A stretch of 64,000 nt of DNA, from NCBI GenBank assembly GCA_964016885.1, contig OZ024740.1:97092001-97156000 (forward strand), given 5' to 3'. Under the pieces are notes generated by a model. The model searched no databases and was not told the DNA's origin. It saw only the letters and a program-made list of their open reading frames with translations. Each line of letters opens with the position of its first letter. Positions within the stretch are counted from its first letter, which is position 1. The position numbers and the translations under genes were made by a program. Of the stretch, positions 32,683-47,570 are shown piece by piece. Source of the stretch: Eledone cirrhosa. Taxonomy: Eukaryota.

Positions 32683-34753
32683 TATATATATTTGAGTACA
32701 CATGTGTGTGTTTATATAAAGTGACTCATGATATCTGCATGCTTTTGGGTTTTCATCACAACTAATTATTTAGTTCCAATTCTTTTTTACAATACATAAT
32801 CCCACAGTTCTTATATTAGGCAATAGCTATCACCAAATTAACCAGATTTAGAAACATATCCCCTGTATGTTTACTTACCATTCGGTCAAGTTGTATGTAT
32901 TTCTGTAAAATAAATTTGCATCTATTTTCTTCCATTGCAAATGAACTATGTTTTCAAATTATTTCTGTTAAGAATTTACTATGTTGTCAATGCCTCTCAA
33001 GAAGAATTCACTGAAATAATGATTTATATAATCTGTGGGATGCATATGTATCAAATAAGCTGAGCACACTGACTTAAGAACATGCCAAATCATTGCCTGC
33101 TTTTATCAATTCAATCATTTTTCCCTTCATATAAATAGAAGAGTGAATTCGGTTTTCTCAAAGGTATTATTTATTGCTGTACAGAACTCCTGAATAAATA
33201 TTACCATGTCAGAAATGAATGGAAAGTGGCTATATTTAGAAATTAAAAGTAAGATATGCATAAAATATGTAATCATATAAATAAAAAGTAAAAACCCACA
33301 AAATGTTGGCATAAGAAATCAGAATGCAAAAAAGAAAATATCATTTTAAAAATCAAAACAAAGCTATACAAAGAAAATAACATCAAATATGAATGTGTCA
33401 AATATAAGACATTTGTGTGAAGCTGGGGAACACAAATGTACATATGCTATAGAAAGTAAATATACAACCTCGTATATTGCTTACTCAAACGTACGTACTA
33501 ATTCATATATTTTTGTATTACACACATTTCTGCATGCTTATTGATTGTTAGCACATTTAATTGCCAATTTAAATTTGCTGAATCTAATTCCCTGTCTTAC
33601 AATCTGGATCTGGATATAAGCCAGAATAAAGATAAATCTCACTTAAAGATTAAATGCCACTACAACAAAGACCATTTTACTCTCTGTGAGAATTGTGAAT
33701 TAGATTTACACTGCAGTTAATAATCATACTAATCATGGTGTTTTTCTGGGACAATATTAAATAGCCGCATACCTTTTTTGGTACCAAATCTCATGGTAGC
33801 CTCATACATTCCACAGTGATAATGTATACCCACTCTAAAGCAAATGCACACAGAATAACATTCAAAATGTTTTGGTTTCAAATGCATAATATTCAAATTT
33901 TAAACAGTGCAATCTAAAACAGTCATTGTTACTTTTACAACCAATATTTTGATTTGTTTTGCTACATTTTCTTATTATTGCAATTGATATGTTATTATTT
34001 TACACTATGTCAGTATTGATTGACTTCTGATGATATAAGATGTTTCAACTTTCCAACCAGGAGAAGCCCATTCTTTCCCTCTGACAAAAATGTTATATCA
34101 ACAACTCAACTAAAAAATATATCCTACCTTTTCTGTAAATGGCAAGATTTAGTTTGAAGTATTCTTGGTTTCTAATTCGAGCAGAATTTCTATCAGGAAC
34201 ATATATATATATACATATTATATGTGTATATATATATAATATAGAAAATGCATGTATATATATATATATATTATAAGAACAGATTAAAGTTTAAGCAAAG
34301 AATCGCTGCTTTCACCCTTAACAGGGTGTTTATATATATATATCATCATTCTAAAATATATATATATATATATATAATCCTTATCGAGCCCTTTTCGGAA
34401 TTTAGTCATCCTGTTTATTATTACTATATATATATATATATATATTATAAGAACAGATTAAAGTCATATATATTACTATATATATGACTGGGTTTGAATA
34501 TGGAATCATATACAAAATGATCATGTAAATAAATATGCTTATAGTCTTGTCATAAATTTTTAAAACTGTAACATATTACTGCTATACTTAGCAAGAAAGG
34601 GAGAGCATCCTGATTATACTCTTTCTCATATTTAACCATTGTTAGAGAGGCGTACTCTTTTTGGTTGCTAAAGCAAAATAAGCTAAAACCTTATAGTGTT
34701 TATGATTATGATTAACTGATGAAACTCATTTGCATATACACTGACACACACAC

Positions 34754-34790
<37 letters not shown>

Positions 34791-34795
<5 letters not shown>

Positions 34796-35319
34796 AGTAT
34801 GCATGTATACGTACATACATATATGTATACAGACGTACAGTAGCATGCACATATATATATATATATACATATATACATACATATGCATACAGGTACACAT
34901 ACATATATGCACGTATCAGTTTAGCGGCGCTTATTATAACGTCGCTTTGTTCGTTTGTAAACAAACTGAGCAGCCTGAATTTATGCCATACGGTGTTAAG
35001 GCAACCACGTCACCTTTTTGTTCAACACTGACACAGGAACGATGTACTAGTTTCAAGCTTGTTAGCTATCATTAGCACCGTTTACCCATCTGCCAGATAG
35101 TTGAACGTTCGAAAGTATATACTTTCCTTATGAAAATTAACGGCTGAGCAGCCTAATTTGCATATTGAGTGAGTTAAATCGGTCAGGCATACCGAAAACG
35201 ATAAATTGAAACAAAATGAAAACGAAGTTTCATTTCTCACTCTTAGTATGGCACTTACTTAAATGTAAGTATGCATGTATACGTACATACATATATGTAT
35301 ACAGACGTACAGTAGCATG

Positions 35320-35357
<38 letters not shown>

Positions 35358-35833
35358 TACATACATATGCATACAGGTACACATACATATATGCACGTAT
35401 CAGTTTAGCGGCGCTTATTATAACGTCGCTTTGTTCGTTTGTAAACAAACTGAACAGCCTGAATTTATGCCATACGGTGTTAAGGCAACCACGTCACCTT
35501 TTTGTTCAACACTGACACAGGAACGATGTACTAGTTTCAAGCTTGTTAGCTATCATCAGCACCGTTTACCCATCTGCCAGATAGTTGAACGTTCGAAAGT
35601 ATATACTTTCCTTATGAAAATTAACGGCTGAGCAGCCTAATTTGCATATTGAGTGAGTTAAATCGGTCAGGCATACCGAAAACGATAAATTGAAACAAAA
35701 TGAAAACGAAATTTCATTTCTCACTCTTAGTATGGCACTTACTTAAATGTATGTACGTATACATGCATACTTATATTTAAGTAAGTGCCATACTAAGAGT
35801 GAGAAATGAAATTTCGTTTTCATTTTGTTTCAA
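34791..35833 (-). mobile_element. Tandem dimer of a 484-bp non-coding HHR-containing unit (retrozyme-like, family D) plus a short inverted terminal arm
   Basis: Direct repeat with 484-bp offset; HHR motifs at 35038-35082 and 35522-35566; inverted arm 35749-35833. Confidence 0.85.
35522..35566 (-). ncRNA. Intact minimal type I hammerhead (family D)
   Basis: aacggtg CTGATGA t agct aaca agct t GAAA ctag TA catcgtt, with a 7-bp stem I and palindromic stem III ACTAGT. The twin at 35038-35082 has CTAATGA. Confidence 0.85.
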
Positions 35834-35850
35834 TATATATATATATATAT

Positions 35851-37733
<1,883 letters not shown>

Positions 37734-37769
37734 CACAGAGAGAGAGAAAGAGAGAGAGAGGGAGAGAGA

Positions 37770-38850
37770 TGGGCCTACGAAAGTTACTGAGAGGGTTATA
37801 GCACAATGAATTAAAGACAAATTTAAGTTAGATGAGATGTAGTTCAGGTTTATGCCAGGTAGGGATACAACTGATATCCCCATACTGGTGATGCAACTAT
37901 ACGACAAATACTGAACTATGTGTGAGCAAATGTACCTGGCTTAAGGGTATCTGAAGAAAGCCTTTGACAGAGTGCCCCACTCTTTAATCTGGTGGGGTTT
38001 AAATAATTTATGGCGTAGACAATTGGTTCATGAATGCTGTGCAAGCCATATATAGAGCTGTAAAATGGTTGGGAAAGAATAGATTGAGTAGAGTCATGTA
38101 TTTGAAGTGCAAGTGGGGGCCCACTAGGGCTCAGTCCTAAGTCTACTTCTGCTTATCATGTTCCTCCAAGCCATTACAGAGAAGTTTAAAACAAGCGTGC
38201 AAGGGAAGTCCTATATGCTGATTATGTATTTCTGAATATGGAGATAAAGAAAATAAATTTCAGGTATAGATTTAAAATCCAAAATGAAAATACCTAAAGG
38301 TAAGCTTAGCAAAGTCTAAAGACTTAATAATTGGAAAGGAGGGAAAAATCTGATTAAAACATAGAAGTTACCATTTCCGATAATTGTAAAAGAAGTGAGC
38401 AAAACCTCCATAATGTGCACACAAAGTAATTTAAGAAAAAAAAAACAGAATGTATGCTCTAAGAGCACACAAGAAATTGATTCCTTCAGTTGCATGAGAG
38501 GCTCCTTAGAAATTTTTGACAGCTTTTGTTACCTAAATGACCTAAACAGCAGTTGGTCCCTCTGTGAAAAATAAAGGCCTTCTCCCTGAGAAGGAAAAAT
38601 ATTATGCTTGTGTACAAATTGCAATGCTACATGGCAGTAAGATATAGAACTTAACTGCAGGAGACCTGAAAATGCTAGAGTGAAATGAAGTAAGTATGCC
38701 CCAATGGATGTGTAATACTAATGTGCATGCAAAACATAACAAATTTGAGTTAAGCCAGTATAAGAGGAATTGGATGAAGTGTTGCAAAAAAAGAACTGCA
38801 TTGGTGTGGACATGTGAGGAGTAAACATCTGCATAAAGATGGGAAGAGAA
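37770..38850 (+). pseudogene. Highly decayed RTE-like LINE RT fragment
   Basis: FRFMPGRDTTD, LKKAFDRVPH, VGAH*GSVLSLLLLI, LYADY and LHWCGHV. Confidence 0.75.
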
Positions 38851-39014
38851 ATCTCAGTAGATAAAACTACAATCAAAATTTAATTCATGGCGTTTCTCTC
38901 TAATTTTGTAATACCTGGCAACCAATTGACCAAGGTGGCACCTTTAATTGTCAAGTACTTTTGTAAGTATCCTTGCAGCTCCAATGGCCAAAATTTAAAA
39001 AAAAAAAAATTTCT

Positions 39015-39235
39015 ATTCTTGTGCTCACAGTTCCATGGGCCCCAACAACATTTGGTATCACCTCAAACTTTTTCATTGCTCGCAAATATTCTATCCTCCA
39101 TGCTAATGGTTTGTATCAAACCTTATTGGCAATGGGACAAGCCATGCTCAGAATTGAACATTGTTTGTTAACTTTGATGATCACCAGAATATCTGGTTTG
39201 AGATGTTCGATTTCATGGTCACATTGGCTACACTA
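39015..39235 (-). pseudogene. R4/Dong-like restriction-like endonuclease fragment
   Basis: QCDHEIEHLKPDILVIIKVNKQCSILSMACP..MKKFEVIPNVVGAHGT fits the D..I...RPD....D.A.P..VIP.VVGALG pattern. Confidence 0.65.
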
Positions 39236-39289
39236 TTAATATTATTCAATATGAACTTTACAGGCATGGAAGTGCTAACAACCAGACCT

Positions 39290-39830
39290 GTCTGGGATGC
39301 ATGCAGTGTGTGAAAATCCTGCTGCACACAGTCGTTGAGGGCCTGAGTATTGCTGACTTGTGGACTTACACCAAACACCTGCTATCAAGTGTGAGACAGA
39401 TCTGACTATTAACTAAGTCCATTATGAAGATCACCCAGCCATTCTCTTTTAGAGGGGAAGGACAGGCATTTTTTATCTGCCTGGTGGCCATGACAAAAGT
39501 GACGATATGGTGGAGATATTTGAAAAGGACAAAGATAAGCACTCTCCTACTTGGCAAAGTCCTGATTAACTTTGTCAGGTTTCACCTGAAGTGTAAAATC
39601 AAGGTGGAGAGTGAAATGCTGCCTTCCAACTGGTTTGTTGAATGGTAGGTGAGAGGGGCTAGCAACATCGGAGTGAATTAGCTTGCTCTGAATATGGACC
39701 TGTATGGAGGAGGACAACTGAGAGTAGGCACTTGTCTTAGTGGTCAAGGTTACTACGGCTTTTTGTGGGCTTTCTACATGGATGAACATTAGAGGTATGC
39801 CGACTTTGGGCTAATTTGTTATGTTTGTTT
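39290..39830 (+). pseudogene. L1/Tx1-like ORF2 C-terminal remnant
   Basis: Decayed H.....IADLW segment followed by SIMKITQPFSFRGEGQAFFICLVAMTKVTIWW..LINFVRFHLKCKIKVESEML..FVEW. Assigned by pattern recognition only. Confidence 0.45.
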
Positions 39831-41768
39831 TTTTAAAATGTCTATCTTTTAGTTATTGTTATAAAACTTTGTTTCACACAAAAAACCTACTCTATACCAT
39901 CATGTATTGTCTTTGTTTACCTCTTGATTTAAGCCCAGTGCAGCTATTAAAAAATAACAAAAATATTACTATTAGTATTGTTGTATATAGTGCAACTTAA
40001 TAGAAGGATATGTGAGGAGTAGAATATGTCACTGATAATATTGCATCAGCTCCCAAAATGAACATACAGTTTCAACCTCAAATCATGGTTCATTTAGCAT
40101 CACAGTGTTTAACAGAGCAGCTAAACTCTGTCCTAGAGTATTTTACAAGACAAAGCCTAAACAGAACTTACATGAAATTTCATATTAAATATAGAACATT
40201 TATATCAAAAGGATCAACTTGACCTAGGCTGACAAAAACAAACTCAGAGCAAGTGAGGTGCAGAGAGGAAATGGTAGCAACAACTACTACTAAAAATCAC
40301 AGAGATAAAAGAATGAGAGACTAGTCATGAAAGGGCAGGAGGATGGTCAGAGTGCAATAGTGCAACTTGATATCTAATGTTCAAAGCAAAATTGAGAAAA
40401 GTATTCATTTTTTATAAGAAGCAGTTATTACTATCCCCACTAACAAAAATCAGATTTCCCCTTTAAGCATAAAATGCAATTTGCTATGAAACTAATTTTT
40501 CTTTGAGAATAACTATTATTTGATGCTAGAATTTAATTTTCTTTCTCCAACGGAAAGACAAACTTTAATACATTTTGAACTTAAAGCATATGTCATTCAG
40601 TTTATCACCATCAAAATGAATTTTCTTATTTAATACCATTGGCCTCCATGGGGAATTTCACTTAGTTCCTCACTTTTAGTATATATATATATTGATGCTT
40701 CTAAAAGCATCTGAAGGAATTACACATTCTCATCAAGAGAACTGTTATATTCTCAACTTCCACATTATGTTTTTTTCATCCATTTCAGTATTCGCTGTCT
40801 GTCGTCTTTGAGGCCTTGAAACCAGGAAACATAAGATTTTCCCCAACATCTATTTCATGAAGTTGCCACTCTTCATTGAGAAAATAACCATGGCTATCCA
40901 GAGAGCCATCTGTAGGGAGGGACTGGATGTAGATTAAGTCCATTCTGTATCCTCAATGTAGAAATTCTTATAAAAAATGACATGAAGAGGACAAAACACA
41001 GTAGATGCAGACATATAGCTATAGACATACATGGTATATTGTATCCAATGCATCAAATGAAACAAGTTTTATATCAGCAGCACAAACTGAACTCTACATA
41101 TCTGTGTCAAAGAACTCCCCAATACATACAGATTCTTCTTCAAACAAACTCATAGATAAGTGCAAGAACATGAATAAAAATATCAGTTGCTATCAAAGCC
41201 ATGGCTCAGAATACTGACATTCTGAGAATGAAAGAACCTAGTGCATCCATTCATGAAACCTTACCAAAATGGATCATTCGCTGTTTACTCTCAAAGTTTG
41301 ACAACACTACTAATAAATGTAAGCATGTAAAAGGGTGATGAGGATGTTGATGATATAGATGTATATTCTTGCATATTGTAAGAAGCAAATAAAAGGATTG
41401 GTGTCACAAAGGGCATCCATCTGTAAAACACTGCATAAAAAACTCCTCTTCAACCAAAGTCAGAATGGAAAAGTCAACGTAGAAATCATGAAAGAGGGGG
41501 ATATCATCATTATTATCCTTTTACGTCCAATTTTCCATGTTTATGTGGGATGGATGGGATGTTTACAGGCAGAGCTTTACAGCCTGATGCCCTTTCTGAT
41601 GCCGAATTTCATTAATTAAATGTTATAGAATACAAGAATATAGAGTAGCTATTTAAAAGCCAGGATACATATATATATATAATAAAAAATTGAACAGGGA
41701 CAGAACAGAGAGGCAGTACGACAAATGTTTATTAGATTCACGCTCAGGAGAGTGGGGGGTAGGTGGAG

Positions 41769-41802
41769 GACGACGTTTCGGGCATAAGCCCTTCTTCAGG
41801 TA
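41769..41802 (-). ncRNA. Minimal type I hammerhead motif (type H)
   Basis: ac CTGAAGA a gggc ttat gccc GAAA cg TC gt. Stem III is the palindrome ACGT; stem I is only 2 bp. Confidence 0.65.
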
Positions 41803-42648
41803 AGAGTTCAAAAGGTGTGTAGGGGAGTGGTGGAGAGACATATAGCGAAAGGAAACGGTGCGAATGAAAAATTAACAAATAAAGACAAAAATATAATAAA
41901 TAATAAATAAAAATAAAGCATGATCAAAATACAAGGAATGAGAACATTTAAAAATAAAGGCATGATCAAAATAAACTGAAATTAAAAGGGGGGTAAACAG
42001 GTGGTGGAAGGGTGTGGGGTGAGTAGAGGTGGAGGCGGGTGGAGTGGGGAGAGGGAGACGGGGTGTCCGAGCGGGGAGGGCTGAAGGTGGTGTGTGTGGT
42101 TAGGTGTGCGTGTGTGTGTGTGTGTGTGTGTGTATGTGAAAGTGAGGGTTGGGGGAAGAACGGGGTTGCATGTTCAGGAAGGTGTGTGTGTGGGGGGGGG
42201 GGGGGGGGGGTTTGTGTGTCGGAGGGTCTGTGCGTGTGTGGATAGGGGTGGGGGGAGAGGAATCAGGGGGCTGAGGGTGTAAATATGTGGTGGGAAGCAC
42301 GTGTGTGTGGTTTAAGCGTGTTGTGGGTGTGGGTGGCGTGTGGATAAAAAAATTTGTTTTGGGATGTGTGTGTGGGTGAGTTATATAGGTGATGGTGTTA
42401 GAGGATGGTTGAAAAGTGGTAAGTTACACGGATGTATGGAGATTTTGGTTGGAAGTCAAAACGCGTGTGGGTAATCCAAGAAGCGGTGGTCGGAAGAGGA
42501 GAGATGTGGGGTGCGCGCGCAACAGGAAGTGGTCAGCAGTGGGAGTGCTGTGGTCAGTGGGTGCTGAGACAGTGGTCGGAAGGGCATAGCAGCAGTCAGC
42601 GGAATGGTAGGGAGGCGAGGATGGGTAGGTGTGAGAGTTGGAGTGAGG

Positions 42649-42679
<31 letters not shown>

Positions 42680-43119
42680 ATTAGTAGGGGTGTTAGTGGG
42701 ATGAGTGAGTGTGGAGTGGGGAGAGAAGGGTGTGTGTGGTTCTATGGAGGGAGTGTGGTGTACTGGTGTGTGTGTAGTTTGGTGAGGAGGTGTTAGTGGG
42801 TGTTAGTAGACGGGAGGTGAGGAGGGGTGGAATGCAGGTGTGAGTGGGGGTTAGTGGGGGTAGGGTGTGTAGAGTTGGTGGTGTACGAGGGTGTGTGGGT
42901 ACGTGTGCGTGGGGTTGGAGGGTGTTAGTGATGTTAGTTGCGTGTGGGGTGGGTGGTGTAAGTGTGTGCGTGTGATAAGGAGGGGGGAGGAGGAGAAGAG
43001 GGGAGGGAAGGGATGTTAGTATGTTAGTTGGGGAAGGGTGATTAGATGAGGGGTGGAGTGGGGGTGTTAGTATTGTTAGTGTGGGGTGGGCGGTGAAAAG
43101 GAGGGGTGTGTTAGTGGTG

Positions 43120-44343
43120 TTAGTGGGGGATAAGTGGGGGAGGGGGGCGGTCGAACGCTAAAGGAATAAGGGTGGGGAGTTCAGGCCGGGGGGGGGTCTG
43201 TAAGATGAAGATAGTACGTTGTTCGACCGTGAGGCGATTGGCGGGTGTTCCGTGGCACTGGAGTAGGCCACAGACTGTGAGATGGTGTGCGGAGTGTCCA
43301 GGGCCACCAAAGTGGCGGGCGATGGGGGAACTGCCCCCGAGACGAATGTCCCGGAGGTCCTCCGTGACTCGGTCCGCCAGGCGGCGTCCCGTCTGTCCGA
43401 CATAAGTCGCGCTGCACCTCGTGCAACGAAGTCCGTAGACTAGGTTGGAGGAGGTGCAGCGGAAGGCATGCCGGACCGAGAGAGGGTGGCCGTTGGGACC
43501 CTGGAAGGTGGTGGTGTTTGTGATGTGGGGACAGGTGTTGCAGCGGGGCCTAAAACAGGGGAAGGAACCGGGGGGGGGGGGAACGGAGCGTGGGTTGGGG
43601 GGTAGGGAGCTGTGGACGAGGAGGGTGCGGAGATTGCGTGCGCGTATGAAGGAGAGGAGTGGTGGGGTTGGGAAGATGTGGGAGGTGGAGGGGTCGGACT
43701 GGAGGTGTCGGAAGAGGCGGCGGATGGTGCGGTGGAGGGGTAAGGTGGAGGGGTGGTAGGTGATGGGGAAGGGGAGACGGTGGGTGGGTGTGCGGTGGCG
43801 TGGGGTGAGGGTGGTAGAGCAGGGGATAGCACGGGCGCGGGTGAGAGCGGTGTGGACGAGAGAGGGGGGGTAACCTCTGCGGATGAAATGGCTGACTAGG
43901 GAAAGGGCTTGGGACTCGAAGTCAGCATCTCGGCTACAGAGGCGGCGGATCCTGAGAAGTTGGGAGTAGGGAATGGAGAGTTTAGTGTGGGTGGGGTGGG
44001 AAGAGGTGAAGTCGAGGTAAGAGTGGGAGTCGGTGGGTTTGAAGAAGGCGGAGGTGACGAGGGAGTGGTGGGAGAGGTCGAAGGCGACGGAGATGTCCAA
44101 GAAGTGGACGTGGGTGGTGGAGATAGAGGTGGTGAAGTGGAGGGAGGGGTGGAAGGAGCAGAAGAAGGAGAGAAAGGAGTCGAGCTGTACTCGGGTGAGG
44201 GTCGTGGCTCCGATACAGTCGTCAATGTAACGACCGTACAGTTCGGGCGTGGGGCCGGTGTACTGGGCAAAGATTTGGGCCTCAACATGGCCAACAAAAA
44301 GGTTGGCATAGTTCGGGCCCATTCTTGTGCCCATGGCTACCCC
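43120..44343 (-). CDS. PLE reverse transcriptase (motif 4 onward), Cys linker and GIY-YIG endonuclease; 5'-truncated, with a frameshift near the C-terminus
   Basis: GVAMGTRMGPNYANLF, RYIDD, FLDI, FKPTDSHSYL, PCFRPRCNTC and VYGLRCTRCSATYVGQTGRRLADR. The terminal PPGLN lies in another frame across the G-run at ~43187-43197. Confidence 0.9.
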   Translation of the reverse strand, partial: GVAMGTRMGPNYANLFVGHVEAQIFAQYTGPTPELYGRYIDDCIGATTLTRVQLDSFLSFFCSFHPSLHFTTSISTTHVHFLDISVAFDLSHHSLVTSAFFKPTDSHSYLDFTSSHPTHTKLSIPYSQLLRIRRLCSRDADFESQALSLVSHFIRRGYPPSLVHTALTRARAIPCSTTLTPRHRTPTHRLPFPITYHPSTLPLHRTIRRLFRHLQSDPSTSHIFPTPPLLSFIRARNLRTLLVHSSLPPNPRSVPPPPGSFPCFRPRCNTCPHITNTTTFQGPNGHPLSVRHAFRCTSSNLVYGLRCTRCSATYVGQTGRRLADRVTEDLRDIRLGGSSPIARHFGGPGHSAHHLTVCGLLQCHGTPANRLTVEQRTIFILQTPPRPELPTLIPLAFDRPPPPLIPH

Positions 44344-44660
44344 ATATATATTATATATATAAATATTATATATATATATATATTATATATATATATATTA
44401 TATATATATATATATTATATATATATATATATTATATATATATATATTATATATATATATATATTATATATATATATATATATTATATATATATATATTA
44501 TATATATATATATATTATATATATATATATATTATATATATATATATATTATATATATATATATTATATAAATATATATTACATATATATATATTATATA
44601 TATATTATATATATATATTATATATATATATTATATATATATATAATATATATATTATAT

Positions 44661-44853
44661 ATAGGAACGAGTAGGACCCCGACGGCTGAGCTCAAGCCGT
44701 TTCGACGGCTAATTCTGAACTGAATTAGCCGTCGAAACGCCTTGAGCTCAGCCGTCGGGGTCCTACTCGTTCCTATTACCCACTCTACTACCCTAAGTAT
44801 TGAGTACTTTGGTGCGTTATGGTCCACCTGGTTCCTTACCACATTTCCTTCGT
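44661..44853. mobile_element. Mini fold-back element copy 1: 55-bp arms, 6-nt loop and 77-nt tail
   Basis: Arms 44661-44715 and 44722-44776 with one mismatch; tail extends to 44853. Confidence 0.85.
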
Positions 44854-44898
44854 TATATTATATATATATATATTATATATATATATTATATATATATA

Positions 44899-44966
<68 letters not shown>

Positions 44967-44978
44967 GTTATATTATAT

Positions 44979-45297
44979 AGCTTAGTGGTTAGAGCATTGG
45001 CCTTGCAATCGAAAGGTTGTGAGGTAAATTCTCAGCAGACCAGGTGATGTGTTGTTTGCTTGAGCAGGAGACTTTATTTCACATTGCTCCAGTTTACTCA
45101 GCTGTAGAAATGAGATGATAGGGACTGGGGTCCATATCATTCCACTGTAGAGTGGTCGTGGAGGTACCACGGAAAAAAAGCACCCAGCACACACTGTAAA
45201 TGAGGTAAGTGTTAGGAAGGGCATCCAGCTGTAGAAATCAAGCCAGAATCAGTTTCCGTCCCACCCTTGTAAGCAGGTAAAAGAGGACGTAAAATGA
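44979..45297 (+). mobile_element. Near full-length tRNA-derived SINE with central core and RTE-type 3' end
   Basis: tagtggttagagcattgg head, cttgagcaggagacttt..ctccagtttactcagctg core, ttaggaagggcatccagctg, and ggacgtaaaatga end. Confidence 0.85.
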
Positions 45298-45341
45298 AAT
45301 AATGTGAAATGATATATTATATATATATATTTATATATATA

Positions 45342-45373
<32 letters not shown>

Positions 45374-45859
45374 CTAAGGCGGGTAAAATTCCCGAGATCC
45401 ATGGACGAGTTCTCTCCAGCGGTCTCTGTCCCTCATTATCGTTGCCATATCCTGCATCTCCAACAGACCAGTGTCTGTCCTTAGGGCATCAACATATGTT
45501 AACCTTGGTCTTCCTCTTCTAGTGTGTCCATGTAGGGGCTCCCAAAGGAGCACTGAGTGCAATGTCAACTCTGGATGTCGGTGAGCATGTCTAGCCAACC
45601 TCAGTCTCCTCTGTGTCACTTTTGAGCTGACTTTTGGGATGCTCCCATACAGCTCTGAGTTTTTCACAGCTTGAGATCGGTGTGGAAGTCGGACCTTCGT
45701 AGAGACCTGAAAATCTGCCTCTTCATTGCTGTAGTGGAGTCTGCGCTGCTGTATGGGACTGAGACTTGGACACTGACCAAGAAACTCACTCAGATGGTGG
45801 ATGGGTGCTACACGAGAATGCTGAGGGTCGCTCTGAACATTAATCAGTATACACTGAGG
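45374..45859. pseudogene. RTE-like LINE 3' fragment with 5' inversion
   Basis: Plus 45668-45859 reads SLRSVWKS..ESALLYGTETWTL..RMLRVALNINQYTLR; minus 45667-45374 reads VKNSELYG..RRLRLARH..GRPRLTYVD..WRELV..*. Confidence 0.85.
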
Positions 45860-45941
45860 ATATATATATTATATATATATATATATATTATATATATATA
45901 TATTATATATATATATTATATATATATATATTGTATATATG

Positions 45942-45984
<43 letters not shown>

Positions 45985-46013
45985 ATATTATATATATATA
46001 TATTATATATATA

Positions 46014-46062
<49 letters not shown>

Positions 46063-46203
46063 ATATTATATATATATATAAATGATATATATATTATATA
46101 TATATATATATAATATATATGTTATATATATATATATTATATATATATATTATATATATAATATATATATATATTATATATATATTATATATATATATTA
46201 TAT

Positions 46204-46396
46204 ATAGGAACGAGTAGGACCCCGACGGCTGAGCTCAAGCCAATTTGACGGCTAATTCTGGACTGAATTAGCCGTCGAAATGGCTTGAGCTAAGCCTTTG
46301 GGGTCCTACTCGTTCCTATTACCCACTCTACTACCCTAAGTATTGAGTAATTTGGTGCGTTATGGTCCACCTGGTTCCTTACCACATTTCCTTCGT
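46204..46396. mobile_element. Mini fold-back element copy 2
   Basis: Same ends, loop position and tail as 44661-44853, with several substitutions. Confidence 0.85.
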
Positions 46397-46671
46397 TATA
46401 TTATATATATATATATATTATATATATATATTATATATATTTATATTATATATATATATATTATATATATATATTTTATATATATATATTATATATATAT
46501 ATATTATATATATATATTATATATATATATTATATATATATATATAATATATATTATATATATATATATATTATATATATATATATATTTTATATATATA
46601 TTATATATATATATATATTATATATATATATTATATATATATATTATATATATATATTATATATATATATT

Positions 46672-46718
<47 letters not shown>

Positions 46719-46870
46719 ATATATATATATTATATATATATAATATATATATATAATATATATATATATATAATATATATATATATAATATATATATATG
46801 ATATATATATATATAATATATATATTATATATATATATATTATATATATATATATTATATATATATATAT

Positions 46871-46929
<59 letters not shown>

Positions 46930-47192
46930 ATATATATTATATATATATATTTTGATTATGTCTCATATAAAATATTACTACTGACCTTCCGCAAAATACA
47001 TATAGTTAGCACCCCAAACGTAAAATTGGGATTATACTAAGGTATATCCTAATGTTTGTTGAGTGAGATGGATGCCCGTCAGAGTATAGCTTAAGGCTTT
47101 CTCTGTTAATGTATTGAATACATATTATATATATATATATTTATATATTATATATATATATATATTATATATATATATATATATTATATATA

Positions 47193-47276
<84 letters not shown>

Positions 47277-47291
47277 TATATATATATATAT

Positions 47292-47344
<53 letters not shown>

Positions 47345-47570
47345 ATGTATATTATATATATATATATATATTATATATATAACTAACTCACCAATCTTTC
47401 CTCTCATTTCTCACTATCTCAATATCTCTCTTTAAGATTGGTTACTCTTGAACTGTGTATATTATATATATATATAATATATATATATATATTATATATA
47501 TATATATATATATAATATATATATATATATTATATATATTATATATATATATTATATATATATATATTAT

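Larger units (their letters stand above)
41681..44343 (-). mobile_element. 5'-truncated GC-rich Neptune-like PLE with C/A-rich 3'UTR and terminal HHR
   Basis: ORF listed separately; HHR at 41769-41800, then AATAAA and a T-rich end fused to (TA)n. Confidence 0.9.

Noticed and set aside
40780-41220. Possible decayed DNA transposase on the minus strand (CAADIK.., LDSHGYFLNEEWQ..VGEN)
   Set aside because: The resemblance is too faint and fragmented to support a call.
42680-43125. Telomeric repeats
   Set aside because: The motif is dispersed tgttagt, not tandem TTAGGG, and lies in a PLE 3'UTR.
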